Shown piece after piece: positions 11,778 through 24,440 of a DNA stretch of 64,000 bases. The notes below the pieces were generated by a model, which had not been told where the DNA came from, did not search any database, and saw nothing but the letters and a program-made list of their open reading frames with translations. Source of the DNA: Camelus dromedarius. Its lineage: Eukaryota. Position 1 is the first letter of the stretch, and every line of letters begins with the position of its first letter. Where the stretch lies: contig NC_087437.1 in NCBI RefSeq assembly GCF_036321535.1, positions 22,384,001 to 22,448,000 of the forward strand, read 5' to 3'. The position numbers and the translations under genes were made by a program.

Positions 11778-12858
11778 GTATCGGGAGGAGAAGACAGGAG
11801 CAAGTGAAGTTGCAGTGGCGGGTTTGGTAGTGGAGGGTGAGGGGGTGTGAGCCTGCTGGTTTATGTTTCCTCAGTAAAGCATGAAGCAAGGTCATCAGCT
11901 GATGGGGAGTGTGGAGGAGGGGCTGTGCGAGGCTTGCAAGGGATGGAGAAGGAATGAATTAGATGCCTAAGAGAGGGGGAAAATGAATTTTCTAGAGAAA
12001 CCTAGCGAGCTTGCTGAGCAATATTGAGTGCCAATTTGAATCTTGAGATCATGAATTTAAAGTGAAAACAGAGGCTTGATTGTGTGCATTTCTTCCAACA
12101 TCCAGCAGCCTGAGGTGCTGGAGGCAGAAGGCGCAGAGCTGCTTTCTGATCGATCGTCCTCATTTACAGGGGTGCGTGTCCACTGTGCACTAAAATCTGC
12201 TTTTATACACAGCGAGTGTGCCAATTTTTTTTCATAACACATGATGTTAATGATGAAGGGAAATATATTAGAGTCTTCTCACCTTGTGCAACTTCATTTT
12301 CATTTCCTTGTCCCTTTCCCTTGAGACTACATGTGTAAATTACTAGTTTATGGTAATTTAATTTGTGGAATGCTTTGGACAAAGAACTCATTTTCTTAGT
12401 TTATGTGGCTTTAGGTACTACATTTTCTTTTTATTACCCTATCAGGGTTTTAATCTCTGCCCAAGCAACAAGGGCGCAAGATGACAATGGGACTCATACT
12501 TATATAGCCCTTCCTATGTGCCAGGCACTGTTCTAAGCACCTTACGTATATGGACTCACTCATTTTTCACAACAATCCCAGTTTACAGGTAGGGCACAGG
12601 GAGCTTTAGTAACTTGCATGAGGTCACACAGCATTAGTAACTATCAGAGCCAGGATTCAACCCAGGCAGCCTTGCTTGGATTCCATGCTGTATACACTCT
12701 CCTTGCATCCCCTGAACTCAGTCTAGCTGGGGATCAAATGGACAGGGGAAGTACAACAAAGGACACAGGTAAACCTGCAGAGACACAAGACCTTATGAAA
12801 AACAAGCTACAGAAAGAAAAAGAACAGGTCGATGATGCTGAATTTATTTCATTCTCAG

Positions 12859-13001
12859 TGGGAGCCTTTTTAGTCCCTGAGCAGATACCAACACTTCTGG
12901 TTGTGTTAGAGAAATACTCTGGCAATAAGATGCCAAGAACTCTAGTCATTGTGCCCTTGAATTTCCCGAACATGGGGAATGGGGCGTGCTGAGAACTTGA
13001 G
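12859..13001 (+). pseudogene. Decayed exon candidate
   Basis: tttcattctcag| acceptor. Overlapping frames give GAFLVPEQ.../HFWL/VLEKY (RGS helix 3-4-like). Donor is weak. Confidence 0.4.
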
Positions 13002-13605
13002 GTGATGTTCTGAGCTCATTGTTGGCAATTTTAATTTGTCACTTTGACCAAATGGAGCATGGTCAGAGTTCCACAAATCAACTGGACAGGTTCACATCCC
13101 AGGCATGTTTCTCATGACAAGTAATGTGACAGTGGGCTGAACAGAAGGTAGGTCTGGGGCCCCTTGCACATTGGATCCAATCTGGTCCCAGTCATTTCTT
13201 GGCTATGCAGCCTTGGGGAAGACATTTAAGCTTTCCAAACTACAGTTTTCTCATCTATGAAATGTACCTTCCTTGCAGGGATTTTGTAAAGATTAGCAAT
13301 AAGTTTGTAAAGTTCTTGGTATAAGATACAGTCAATCAACCCAGGCAATGATTATCTATTATTACACAGAGTTAAACTGCTATGGTAAAAATTGTCTTAA
13401 ATACATCCTTTATTGCTGGAGCAGTCATCTCTTCCTCCTTGTTCTATCGCACCTTGGGAATATTCAGAGAGGGTGAAAACACCACTTACTACACTCAATT
13501 GTTATTTATACAAGGTCATCTAAGTGAACCATACTTAAGAATTACATGATCATTTTAACTTGTGTTGGATTTTCTTTTACTGTTTATATAGGTATAATCA
13601 TAGTT

Positions 13606-13607
<2 letters not shown>

Positions 13608-13642
<35 letters not shown>
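13608..13642. repeat. (ATT)n microsatellite
   Basis: Direct reading. Confidence 0.95.
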
Positions 13643-14114
13643 CATTAATTTTTATTACTTAACATTGTGGTGAAGAGAAAGGTGAGGGAATAATTGTTTA
13701 TTAATTGTTTCTATCTACCAGGCCCTATGCCAAGCAGTTTTGCATATATTTAAATATTACAACCACTTGGGAGCTTGGTGGTAGCATTATTTACATTTTA
13801 AAGATGAAGAAACAAGCCTCAGAGAAGAAGAGTCATTTTTTCAAGTTCACACAGCCAGTGAGTATCAGAGGCAGTCTGGCCCCAGGCCCTTTGCTCTGAC
13901 CCCCTTGTGGCTTCCTGAAACAGGTATTATGGTCATAGTTATTTTACAGACGAAGAATGGCAAATCAGAGCAGTTAAGTGATTTGTTCAAGATCATACAG
14001 CTATTGAAGAGAAGGTCCAAGACTCAATCCCAATTTTCAGTCTAGTTTTCTTCCTCTCCCTTGAGCCCCAGTGGGGCAGACAATATAGTAGAATGGTTAA
14101 GAGCACAGGCTGTT

Positions 14115-15520
14115 AGGTTTCTCACTCTCAGAGAAGGGAGTAACAAATATGGAAGGGAAAAATAGGGGGAAGGTATAGCTCAGTGGTAGAGTATGTGTTC
14201 AGCATGCATGAGGTCCTGGGTTCAATCCCCAGTACTTCCATTAAAAAAAATGAGTAAACTAATTACCTCCCTCCCCCCAAAGATTAAATAATAATAATAA
14301 AATTTTAAAAAGATTATTTAAAAAGACAGGGTAAAACTAGAATGGTGTTAGACTAGAATTGAAGGTACTGGTGTGCACTCATATATAAAGGTGTATGTTT
14401 CCACGTGCAGATATAGAAATGAACCTAAATGTTAATCTCTCTTCACACACACACTCAGCTCCTAATTCTTTCCACCTAGAGGGCCAGCTTTGCAGCAGCA
14501 ATGAGCATACCTAGCAACACATCTTGATTTCCAAATACCATTCTGAAGAAACCAGGAGTCCTTGGAGAAATGGTTGGTGCCAGAGCTGGAACAGGGAAGG
14601 TACAAGATAAGCCTGGAAGATGTTATTGTGCCAGTTAGCAAGGCAGTGCTCCAAAAATGCTGGGGAAATTCAAAAAGACAAAGCAGACAGGTTGAAGGGG
14701 CTCCCAATAGGCAAAGTGAGGACAACTGGAACAACAAAATAAATCACAGTAGTAATACATTATAATCCATTGAATAAATAGAAAAGCCTATGCTGATATT
14801 GGCAAATAAATGAATTTCTTGAAAGTTGATATGAACTGGAATATTTACATAGCTTCAAAATACCTCCCCACAAAGTACTTATTAATTATGGGGGGTAAAA
14901 AGAGTAACTTTACAGTGGAGAAACCAGGTTGACATCATCTTAATTAAATGATCAGAGTGAAGATTATGAGCAATGTGACAAGTCCAAATTCTGTGTCTCC
15001 TGATAGCACACAGTGAAGAGACTTCAGCATCATTTCTGTGATATCCCTGCTAAAGATGCAAAAACTGAATCTAGTCATGAGGAAATAGCAGATATTCCCA
15101 AAGGAAAGATCTCTACAAAAGATGTGGCCAGTAATCTTCAAAGGTATCAAGGTCATAAAGGTTAAAAGATTGAGATAACTATTCCAGATTAAATGAGACC
15201 AATGAAATCAGACAAATAAATGCAATACATGACTTTGAATTGCATTCTTTTGCTTTAACAGCCATGAGTGGATGAAAGGGTAAAATGTGAATGGGGTATG
15301 AGGAATGGATGGAAGCAATGTTTTAAATGTAAAATTCCTGATCCTGGTGGTTGTGCTGTGGTTGTGTAGCAGAATATCTATCTGGTTTACCGGAATTACA
15401 TGCTAATGTATTTCAAAGTAAAGATGTATCAGGTGAACGACTTACTCTTAAATGGTTCAGGAAAAAAGGTCTTTGTGTTGTATTTGCAACTATTTTTAAA
15501 TTGGATTTTTTTCAAGATAA
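14115..15520 (+). mobile_element. L1MC/MD-type 3' UTR fragment
   Basis: Characteristic agtaactttacagtggagaaacc and cagcatcatttctgtgatat motifs. Confidence 0.75.
14165..14325 (+). mobile_element. Camelid tRNA-Ala-derived SINE (Vic-1-like)
   Basis: ggggaaggtatagctcagtggtagag (A box) ... gggttcaatccccag (B box), then an A-rich tail with taattacctccc. Confidence 0.85.
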
Positions 15521-16803
15521 AAAGTTTTCTCCCCCAGCAATAAAAATCTCAAAACAGAGACAACGATAAAAAAAGAAACACAGATGGTGCAGGCAGGGGT
15601 TCTAGTAAAGTGGTTAAAAACACTATTTAGGCTCTGGATTTGAATTCCGGCTTTGCCACTTACTAGCTGTGGGAACCTGGGGCTAAGTTATCTAGGACTT
15701 ATTTTCTTGGTCTGTAAAATGGGGATAATAAAAGCACCAACATAGGTTCCTTGTGGATTTGTGATTGGCAACCATAAAGTACTTAATATCGTGAGATCTA
15801 TAATCAGTGCTTAATGTCACTGGTTGTTTTTATTACACAGTAAGCAGTGACATGATTCTCTGTGATCCATTTCCCCTCAGGGCATATGCCAGGGGGAGAG
15901 ATCTGGTGCACCCTGACTGACTTGTACAGTTAGAAATAGGATTAGCTAGCAAACATTTGCTATATGGTCAATCCTATTATTCAGGCAGATGGCTGTAGAT
16001 TTCATAGACTGAGAAAGTTTAAAATAACACTGATATGTTTATCATCTTTGGATATACACTTTTTGATGTGGGGCCCAAAGGGGATTAGATTTTTTTTAAA
16101 CTATATATAATCATCCTATCAGGTCAAAATACTGTGTTAGGAATAATGTAAGCATTAGTATGAAGAAAAAGTGATTATCACATTGACAAGATGTTTCTTA
16201 CCCGATTTAAAAATATACATGCAAGGTCTATTTTAAAGGATTAAAGTGTATCCACTACCAAGAGTGGCTAATTCAATTAAAAATGGAAATTAAAACACTG
16301 ACATTAAAACAATGTTCTGATTGGAAAGGAAATGCAGATAGCAGTTTGATGTTGATTCTTTGAAATTATTCCTTTTCTGCCCTTTGGATACTTAATATCG
16401 AGCTGGAAAAATGCAATATGATGAGTCTGAGGGTGGGGAGTAAGGCTAATATTTTTCTAGTTATCTTTCAATACATATTTTGGGGGTCCATCTCTACTAA
16501 TGAAATTCAGTTTTAAAAACGCTGAGTTCTTTTTCAGTTAGCTTTGGTTGACATGAGAGCAGATGGGCTCTGACAAAGCCTCTTTGCTCTCTCATTTGGC
16601 AGTCTTTTAAAATGTTACTTTAAAGCATTTCAGAAGTTCACAATGACCATTGCTAACATAAGCAAATGGGCTCCACCCTATCCTACAGAAAAGAGTGAAA
16701 ACCTTCAACTGGGCTGAACATTGACCCCGGGATGCCCAGTTGGAATATACCCCTGCTTCAAATCAAAGAGCCACACTGGCTTTTTTTTTTTTCCTCTCAA
16801 AAG

Positions 16804-16980
16804 GCAGAGAATTTTTGATGTACCTTCGAGATTCCATTTATATCAGTGACATAATGGTGTCAGCTCTTTGAAGGAAGAAAGGAGAACAGGCAGCAACTGG
16901 TATTATATCGTTAAGTGCCCAAGAATCAATTACATCCTTGCTGAGACAAGAGGCAATTTTCCCATTTAAACTTCACAGAT
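16804..16980 (+). pseudogene. Well-preserved decayed exon (177 nt, phase 1-1), RGS helices 5-8
   Basis: Poly-T-cctctcaaaag| acceptor and |gtacgg donor. Reads REFLMYLRDSIYISDIMVSAL*RKKGEQAATGIISLSAQESITSLLRQEAIFPFKLHR with a single TGA at 16869. Confidence 0.7.
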
Positions 16981-17115
16981 GTACGGACTGGCAAATTATT
17001 GTTGGGTTGTTGCTTCTTTTATTATAATTAACAATTAAAAAACACACGTTATAATGTAATTAGCTGTTTACTGGCTATTACTGGCTCAGGTCATAGCTGA
17101 GACTTTACTTTCAAG

Positions 17116-17288
17116 GATATGAACTCCTAAAGAAGTATTTTAATCAACCCTTTTATATTCAGTCACTAGTGTGGAACCATTTTGGCCCCTCACAATTAAG
17201 CCACTGGAAATTTTCAAGCTGATCTGAGTTTATAAGAAGCATCTTGTGGAAACCTATCAGTTTCCTTTCTTAAAACATCCAGCTCGGG
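17116..17288 (+). pseudogene. Decayed exon candidate
   Basis: tttactttcaag| acceptor. YELLKKYFNQPFYIQ... then, frameshifted, PLEIFKLI*VYKKHLVETYQFPFLKHP. Confidence 0.45.
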
Positions 17289-17609
17289 GTTCACTGATTC
17301 TTCATTTCAGGGAAACATAGCAGCAATTTTCTTGCCCCTCCCCCAACCTTTTCACTCTTCATCATTCCTAAATAAATTCTTGTCTCTCAACGTAGACTTA
17401 TATTCTTAATATTTTCCAAACACACATACACACGTAGAACAAATAAGAAGCTACCCATCAAGGTCAAGGTCAACTAGAAATTTTATGATTACTCTTAGGT
17501 GGACAACCTATTTGATGGAAGATAATAATTTAGATAATAAGCAATGCCATGTTGGAAAACGGCACTAGAAATGGAAATTAAGTGGAATGGTAGAAGACTG
17601 TTCATAATT

Positions 17610-17870
17610 AGAAGGGCTAACACTTACTGGGTGCTTATTATATGCCAAGCACTGTTTTAAGGATTGGTTATGCCGTCCACAATTTCACTCATTTAACCCT
17701 CACAACGACCCTCTGAGGTAGTTGCTACTATAATCCCCTGTTTATGAAAGAGCAAAGGGAGGGGCCGAGAGGCTGAGTAATGAGGCCAAGCCCACAGAAC
17801 TTGCAGGTGGCAGAGCTGGGATTCACACCCAGGTAGCTGGCCCCAGAGCCCATGCTTACAGCCAAGACCA
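17610..17870 (-). mobile_element. MIR SINE
   Basis: ctcatttaaccctcacaacgaccc...gagctgggattcacacccagg. Confidence 0.8.
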
Positions 17871-17962
17871 TCTACTAGTATCTTCAGAACAGAACACGAT
17901 GACTGGGTAAGCAAAGTAGAACCAATGTACGGGTTTTTGTTTGTTTGTTTTAAAATCCATAA

Positions 17963-18140
17963 ACATGAAGTAAAAGAGGTTTGAGAAGCAACTTCTTCAT
18001 ATCCTGGTTGACAACCAACACGGACGAGTCCTGGGGAAGGTTCCATTTGATTACTGAGCACTTCAGGCTGAAGTATGAAGTAGGTTAAATGCCCAGAAAA
18101 TATCCACAGAAATAATGGCAAAACCTACACTTGTGTGACA
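17963..18140 (+). pseudogene. Decayed exon candidate
   Basis: KRFEKQLLHILVDNQHGRVLGKVPFDY*ALQAEV*SRLNAQKISTEIM. Splice sites are degraded and boundaries approximate. Confidence 0.4.
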
Positions 18141-18686
18141 CATTCAGGCACACAGGTTACTGGAGTCACCCAGGCCTCCTTATGTGGTCCCAGACTCTAA
18201 GAAAAGAAACCACCACATTTTCATGAAATTAAAATAATAACAATAACAATACTAATACTAATAATTATTATTATTATTTAGAAATTTAGGCTACTTTTTA
18301 GGTATTTAAAACAATTCTTGCATCAGGGCATCCTGTGTGGAGTAAATGGTCTCTAATAATTATCAAGTCAGGTACTTCTTGTCTGTACCCTATTTTTTTA
18401 CAAAATGGGAGTTGAGGCAACTTACAATACAAAGTCAAGTAGTTGAACAAGGACAAATGATGTCTATGATAAAGGGGATGAGGTGGGGTCAGAAGTGGGT
18501 AGAAAATGGTGGTTTCAGAGAATTTAGGGCCTGACATAGTTACTGCACCTGAGCCCAGGACTTCGTGCTTCATTGGCACCAGGCACTGGTGCGACGTTGG
18601 TGAAATGTGTCTTGGCTTCTGATATTTCATCTTTTATCCTTGTTCCCTGCCCAGCTACTGGCACTTAATGCTGATGTTTCTCTCAG

Positions 18687-19047
18687 GCCTGTCTCCTAAG
18701 GCTCCTTCCCTCTAGGGTCTCTTAGCTGGCTGTCAGCTCATCTCTTTGAAGTCACAGCTTGGTATCAGCTTGAGACACTACCTCTCCCAAGAGAGTAGGA
18801 ATAAATGAGAACACTTGGAAGACTTGAAAAGGTGCTACAGGGATTTATTGTTATTATTAATCAGACATTCAAAGCAGTAATATCTTTAAACTAGGGAACT
18901 GACTCCTGTGGTGTCTCAGGCAGCTAGGTAGGCTGTGAGGATGTTTGGATGACATTTGGGGTGAGGTGCCAACTTGGGACTCCCTAGCAAGACTGTGTGT
19001 AAAGCAGGCGTTGCCTTGCATTAGGAAGAGAGGAGAGGAGAAGGCAG
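18687..19047 (+). pseudogene. Two decayed exons (18687-18831, 18920-19047) separated by an 88-nt intron
   Basis: Both have cag| acceptors and GT donors. The phase-2 junction is in frame: PSL*GLLAGCQLISLKSQLGISLRHYLSQESRNK*EHLEDLK|RQLGRL*GCLDDIWGEVPTWDSLARLCVKQALPCIRK. Confidence 0.6.
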
Positions 19048-20289
19048 GTAAAGGCAGACCCCCACTGAGTCTGTTTGCAAGAAGAGGAGTGGAGAAAGAG
19101 GCCTCTCCCTGCTGTCCTTCTAACCATGGTTAGGACAGTTCATCTTTACAAACACTTATGGAGTGCCTGTTGCGTGCCAGCACTGTGCTGGATGCCAGAG
19201 GTACCACAGTGACCCAGACATGGCCCTGCCCTTGACAAGTTGATGGTCTATCAGACGACACCAAGAGGCAGTTCCTCTCCATGGCTGTTCACACCCAGAT
19301 ACTCACTTTTAGAGGGAATCGGGCAGAAATCTGGGAGGAAGGGGGTGCACACCTGGCTGGAGATCACCCCTGCAGAGGGAGAGGCAGAGTGTGTGGGGTC
19401 CTGGTAGTCAGAGAGGGTGTAGGACGAAGTCAAGGCCAGAGTCACGATGTCCTGTGTTCATTAATTGGCTTTTCTGGCCATAGAGGGCATCTCCTCTAAA
19501 TCTGTTGTTTTACAGATGAGGCAGCTGAAGCCCATGAGACATACTGATTCACTGGGCAGAGTGGCAGAGCTAGAAATAGAACCCAGATGCTCTGATGCCC
19601 TATTCATGCCACATTTAGGCCTAAGCCAGAGGGGCTTGGCAGCTATTTAAATGAGGACACACTTAGGGGAGGGGACATTTCAGTCTTATGAGTCATTTAC
19701 ACTTCAGGGTTAGTGACTTTGTCAGAGCCTGTAGGAGAAAAGATTTGGAAAGAGGGTGAAGAGAGATGAGCAGCAGGCTGGGGTGGGGAAGAGCCTGGTG
19801 GCAGCCACTGAAATCAAGTTCTGCAGACTCACAACGTGACTCAGTCCTGCACAGCCGCGGGTCCCTCACACGTGTGCCTTCCTGCTCCGTTACTTAGGCT
19901 GACAGGACAGAAACCTCCTCTGACAAAAGAAAAATAAGCCCTGCAGTCTTTGAGAAATTCTGACTGTTATGTCCATTCATCCAACCCTCTTCTCCACAGA
20001 GAGACAGGTCCCAAAGGCAGCCCAGGGGCCCAGCCCACAGCTGAGTCAGTGATGCTTACAGATACGCAGGAAAGGCGGGACCCGGCAGCCCTGCCTGGCC
20101 CACCTGGGGCCCCGTGGGGGGGGGGGCAGGGCAATGACAGCCAAGGTGGGGACTGGGTGCTCCCAGGCAACTCTGCTTCCTCTGAACCCAAACCCTCTGA
20201 AGAGGTGGGGAGGCCATGCAGCTGCTTGTGGCCTTCTGGGAAAGCATCCTCTCACTTAGATCAGCTGCATTGAGAGCTTGTGGCAGCAC

Positions 20290-20680
20290 TGTTGGTCGTG
20301 GCAACACTTGGTCCACCAGCCCCTCTGTCCAGCCACCTTCCAGGTAGGGATGGTCATGTGACCCCACTGGGCCAAAAATACGTAAGCAGAAGCTGTTGGA
20401 TGGGGCTTCTAGGAGATCTGCTTTCCAGGTTAAATAAAGGAGGTGACAGATTCATGTGTTACACGTGCTCTCCCTACCCCTTTCTCCTTCCGAGAACATG
20501 GATCTGTGGCAGCCTTTTATGATCATGACAAGGATGGCAGAAAGAGCCTGAGTCACTATTGTCATCACCAATTTTCTGTACAAGCTCTGGACTGATCCTC
20601 AGATTTCTTAAGGGTGAGGCCAATACAACCCTATTTGTGTAAGTTACATAGTTGGGTATTTTCATGGTTTCATAACAAGA
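20290..20680 (+). mobile_element. LTR16/LTR33-like ERVL LTR
   Basis: agggatggtcatgtgacc...taagcagaagc motif. Confidence 0.6.
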
Positions 20681-20699
20681 AACAATCCAGGGATTCAAG

Positions 20700-21590
20700 G
20701 CAATCTGATGCCACAAAACCTTTCCCATCTCACCTCCTGCCACAGTCTCTAAATCCCTTTCCTCCAAATGGAACATCACAGTCCTCCCCTGAGAAGTCCT
20801 CCCCTGACCTGGTTGCACGCCCTGCTCCACACTCAAGCCTTGTCGTACCAGCACCACAACACAGAAAACCACCTCTTATCTGCTGATTTGCTCAGATGCT
20901 TCCAGTTGCCTCCTAACTTGACTCCCAGCCTCCACCTTTGCCTCCCTACAGTGTATTCTCAGGACAGCAGACAAGAGGTCTCTTTAAAACACCAGTCAGA
21001 TCAAATCCCTGTTCTTTGCAAAATCCTCCAGCGAAGCCTCATTTTTCCAAAGTAAAAGGCAAAGTCCTTGCAATAGGCTATAAGGCCCTGTATGACCTTC
21101 CTTCCCCTCTCCAACTTCACCTCCTACTATTCTCCTCCTCTCTAACCCTTCGCCCCTACTGGTCCATTGATGTTCCCCTAGAGTGTCAGGCACTCTCACC
21201 TACAAGTCTGCATAAGCAGGTCCCTCTGCTAAAATGCTCCCCCTCCTTGCCTTCTTTCAAGTCTTTGCTCAAAAGAGACCTTCTCATCAGGTTTACTTGG
21301 ACCACCCTAATTCACATTGCCACCCAAAGCCATCCCCTACACTCAGCCCTCCACTCTCCCTTACCCTGTTCTATTTTCTTCTATTATCTCTCATTCACTA
21401 CTAATATATTATAAAATTTACATATTTGTTATGCATATTGCTTATGGTTTATTCCCTCTTGCCAGAATGAAAGCTCCCTGAGGGAAGGCATTTTTGTCTT
21501 TTTGTTGTCGTTGTTGTTAGCTGATTTCTTTTAAGTGACCAGAATAGTGCTTTGTATATAAATATTTGTTGAGCATATGAATAAATTGAT
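20700..21590 (+). mobile_element. L2a 3' portion
   Basis: Typical L2 3' sequence ending agaatgaaagctccctgaggg...aaatatttgttga. Confidence 0.85.
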
Positions 21591-21810
21591 TCATGTAAGA
21601 TCACTATGGCACTGAGGACCTACTATGTGCCAAACCCTCTGAGTCCTGGGGATGTGGTAGGAACAAGATATGATCCTGGACCGTGGAGAGTCTACAGCTA
21701 AGTGATTGCTGACCATCCCTGTTACGCGACTTGGACAAGTCTCACTAATAGGCAGAGGGTAGATTTATCACATAAAGGAAGGATAAGAACTGAAATATTA
21801 ATTTCTGCAG

Positions 21811-22111
21811 GGCTACTTCATTACAGTCCCATCCATAATTCATACAGAAGGGGAAACAGATTGGGTCCAGGGTTTGAAGAACTTTACACAGAAAGCTGTT
21901 ACTACAAGGAGCAGGCTGACCAGGGTCGGAATTTGAAGGGCTTTTTCTCCCTGAGAATGCAGGCCAGCCGGCTGATCTTGCCCACATTTTATTCCAACAG
22001 AAGGCACTCTCACCTTTTTGACTATGGCTGAAAAAAAATCAGAATCCAAGACATGATGTTACTGGACCAACGGCATCAACCAGCTCCCTTGGGTATGAAG
22101 TTACAGCCATG
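21811..22111 (+). pseudogene. Decayed exon, RGS helices 2-3
   Basis: tttctgcag| acceptor and atg|gtaacc donor. PADLAHILFQQKALSPF*LWLKKNQ at 21968-22042. Confidence 0.6.
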
Positions 22112-22525
22112 GTAACCTTCTTTGAACTTAACAATGAAGGGGAGAATTTAAATAAAACCCTTAGGCCAGTATTCCTGTACATGAAAATCTAATTGGACTT
22201 GATCATAGGATTCAGTTTTGATAAGTTTGCTGTTGAGTTTTTGGAAGGTTGGACAGTTCCAGTAAAGGCTGCAAAGGTTTCCTCCCTTTACTCAAATGTG
22301 TAAGGGCAATAAAGCTTCTTTTTTGGTTTTTTTTTTTTGGAGTTTGTGCCTTTTTTTTTTTTTTAAAGAGATAGTCACTTGGTCTTTTTGTTTGTGGGGG
22401 GTTATAAAGCATAAGTATCATGGAGATTTATTTACTTTTATTAAAAAATATTGTGATGAATAATTTTTATTGTGTGTTTTGACTCTGCTTATCTCTTTGA
22501 TGGAAAAGTACTTTATAACTGATAG

Positions 22526-22936
22526 GCATTTCAGCAGATCAAGGAGATTCATTACCCTGGCGGTTTTTCATTTTCAGATAGAAATGAGTAGAAATTATCC
22601 AATTTCTCTTTTTATAATAACGTCCAATACATTTAGTGTCCAATTTCACACTGCCCCTTGATTTATAGCATTTGCCAGATTAATCAAGATCTGCTGATAT
22701 TATAAAAGGTTGCTGTCTCTTAACCCTATAAACCCCAAGAGGCAGGCATATCAAACAACACAAGGAATAAACCTGTTTGACTCTCAGACACACTCCAGAA
22801 AGCAATTCATCTGTATTCTGTCTACTCATGTATTTCTATCTTGTCCTACCCTGTCCCAAATCTTGAGGAAATGTGTAGATTCTTGGCAGCGGCAGGAGTC
22901 TCTCAGAAACCTCTATTAAACCCCCTGAAAAGCAGA
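22526..22936 (+). pseudogene. Decayed exon
   Basis: Phase-0 continuation of the previous exon: AM|AFQQIKEIHYPGGF...KLSNFSFYNNVQY. Later NLEEMCRFLAAAGVSQKPLL. Donor |gtaagt. Confidence 0.6.
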
Positions 22937-23287
22937 GTAAGTAGGGAGGTGCATACCAAGCCTTTAGAGTTTCAATGGTTTGGAAGTTTGATCGCCCATA
23001 TTTTCCTTATCTTTGCACATCAAGTTTTCATCTAGGTGCCTTCCAGCCTGTGCCTCACTAGAGGGTGATGTGCTACCAAGGGCCTTTGGATCAGGATCTC
23101 CTGGCTATGCCACTTACTGGCTGTGTGACTTTGAAGAAGTCAATTAAACTCTCTGGGCTTCATTTCCTTATCTTTAAAATGGGCACAATAACAAAAGTCA
23201 AATATATGACACATAGTAGCACTGCATTCTGATACCTGCCTTCTCCTCCCCAACACACACACACTTAGTTTCTCCTAATTTACACAG

Positions 23288-23733
23288 TGTTTCAAGTTTG
23301 CTTCAAGTTTCAGCATCTTTGTCAATGCAGCCTTTATCATGAACTACAGATGCCGTTCTATCTCTGCAAATATATTGAGAATATTTGAGAATGGTGATTA
23401 GGTGTTAAATTGTGTTTCTTTGATTTCTTACATCATATAACTGCTTTATGGATATTTAGTGACTATTGGCTTAAAAAAAAAGGAGGAGGCAGACAAGAAA
23501 AAGAAAGAGAAGTCTTACAGGTTATCTTTTTGGCTTATTTGGAAATCCTATGTTTAGTTTTCATTATGCTGGCATCTCCTGCCATTCCTCTGCACTGAAG
23601 TTCTCATGGAAGAATATCCTGTAATTTTCCTCTCCAGCCTCTGCATTGTGCTGTAATTTTCCTTTCCTGTGTCCTACTGCCACTACAAACCACCTTGGCC
23701 TTCTCTTGCTGGCCCCATACAATCTGAGGGCAC
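23288..23733 (+). pseudogene. Decayed exon(s)
   Basis: 23288-23393 reads FQVCFKFQHLCQCSLYHELQMPFYLCKYIENI. About 23590-23733 reads KFSWKNIL*FSSPASALCCNFPFLCPTATTNHLGLLLLA. Confidence 0.45.
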
Positions 23734-23869
23734 AGGTTAACAGAAAATTCCTTATTTCTTGGGAATCTGCTGATTCTGTGTCTGAAATGCCCCCTGTGCC
23801 TGCCCCTTCTCCCCATCCCCACAACTACTCCCCTGGGTCAGGTATTCCTCTTATCTCATTTAAATTCAG

Positions 23870-24440
23870 TCCCACAAATGTCCATCTCTCCCCACCTGCC
23901 CCATAACCTCTGCTGCTGGACTAATTTGACTTGGGGAGAGCCCCCAACATCTCAGTACCTCTGAAGATGGAATCAAATCCCTCAGTCTGGTCCCCAGCAC
24001 CCTGCATGACCTCTCCACACCCAGCTCTCTCAGCCTCACCTCCATCTCTTCATGCCTCCCAGGCTTCATGCTAACCAAGCTCATGTGATCCATCTTACAA
24101 GCCTCTTCTGCCCTCTCTTCTACTGTTCATGTCAACCCGGTTCCTTGGTTGCCCGATATTGCCCTTGTCTGCAGCTCTGGACCCTGTTGGCTTTCAGGCA
24201 TAGCTCCTGTGCCTCTTTGCCGTCAAGCTTCTCCAACCTTCAGCTGGAGCAAACACCTTTTACTGGCAACCCTTAGGCTTATGAAGACATCTTTTAAAAC
24301 ATTTATCCTTCTCAATCCTGTCTTATATTTAATATAATATTTTATATATTTTATATTATAAAATTTCTATTTTTGGATGTCTTTTCTCTCTTACCTGACT
24401 ATATTGTAAGCATCTTGAGGACAGAATGCATGATTGTGTC
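23870..24440 (+). mobile_element. L2 fragment
   Basis: L2 3' motifs. Confidence 0.65.

Larger units (their letters stand above)
11420..14050. mobile_element. Several MIR copies (~11420-11660+, 12490-12700-, 13130-13350+, 13700-14050-) and L2 (~11780-12140-)
   Basis: MIR core motifs (ctctgtgcctt..tctcatctgtaa and reverse) and antisense L2. Confidence 0.7.

Noticed and set aside
14165..14240. tRNA-Ala-like gene
   Set aside because: It is the head of a camelid SINE with an A-rich tail, inserted in an L1.
20938..21414. Longest ORF in the track (158 aa)
   Set aside because: It lies entirely inside an L2 3' fragment.
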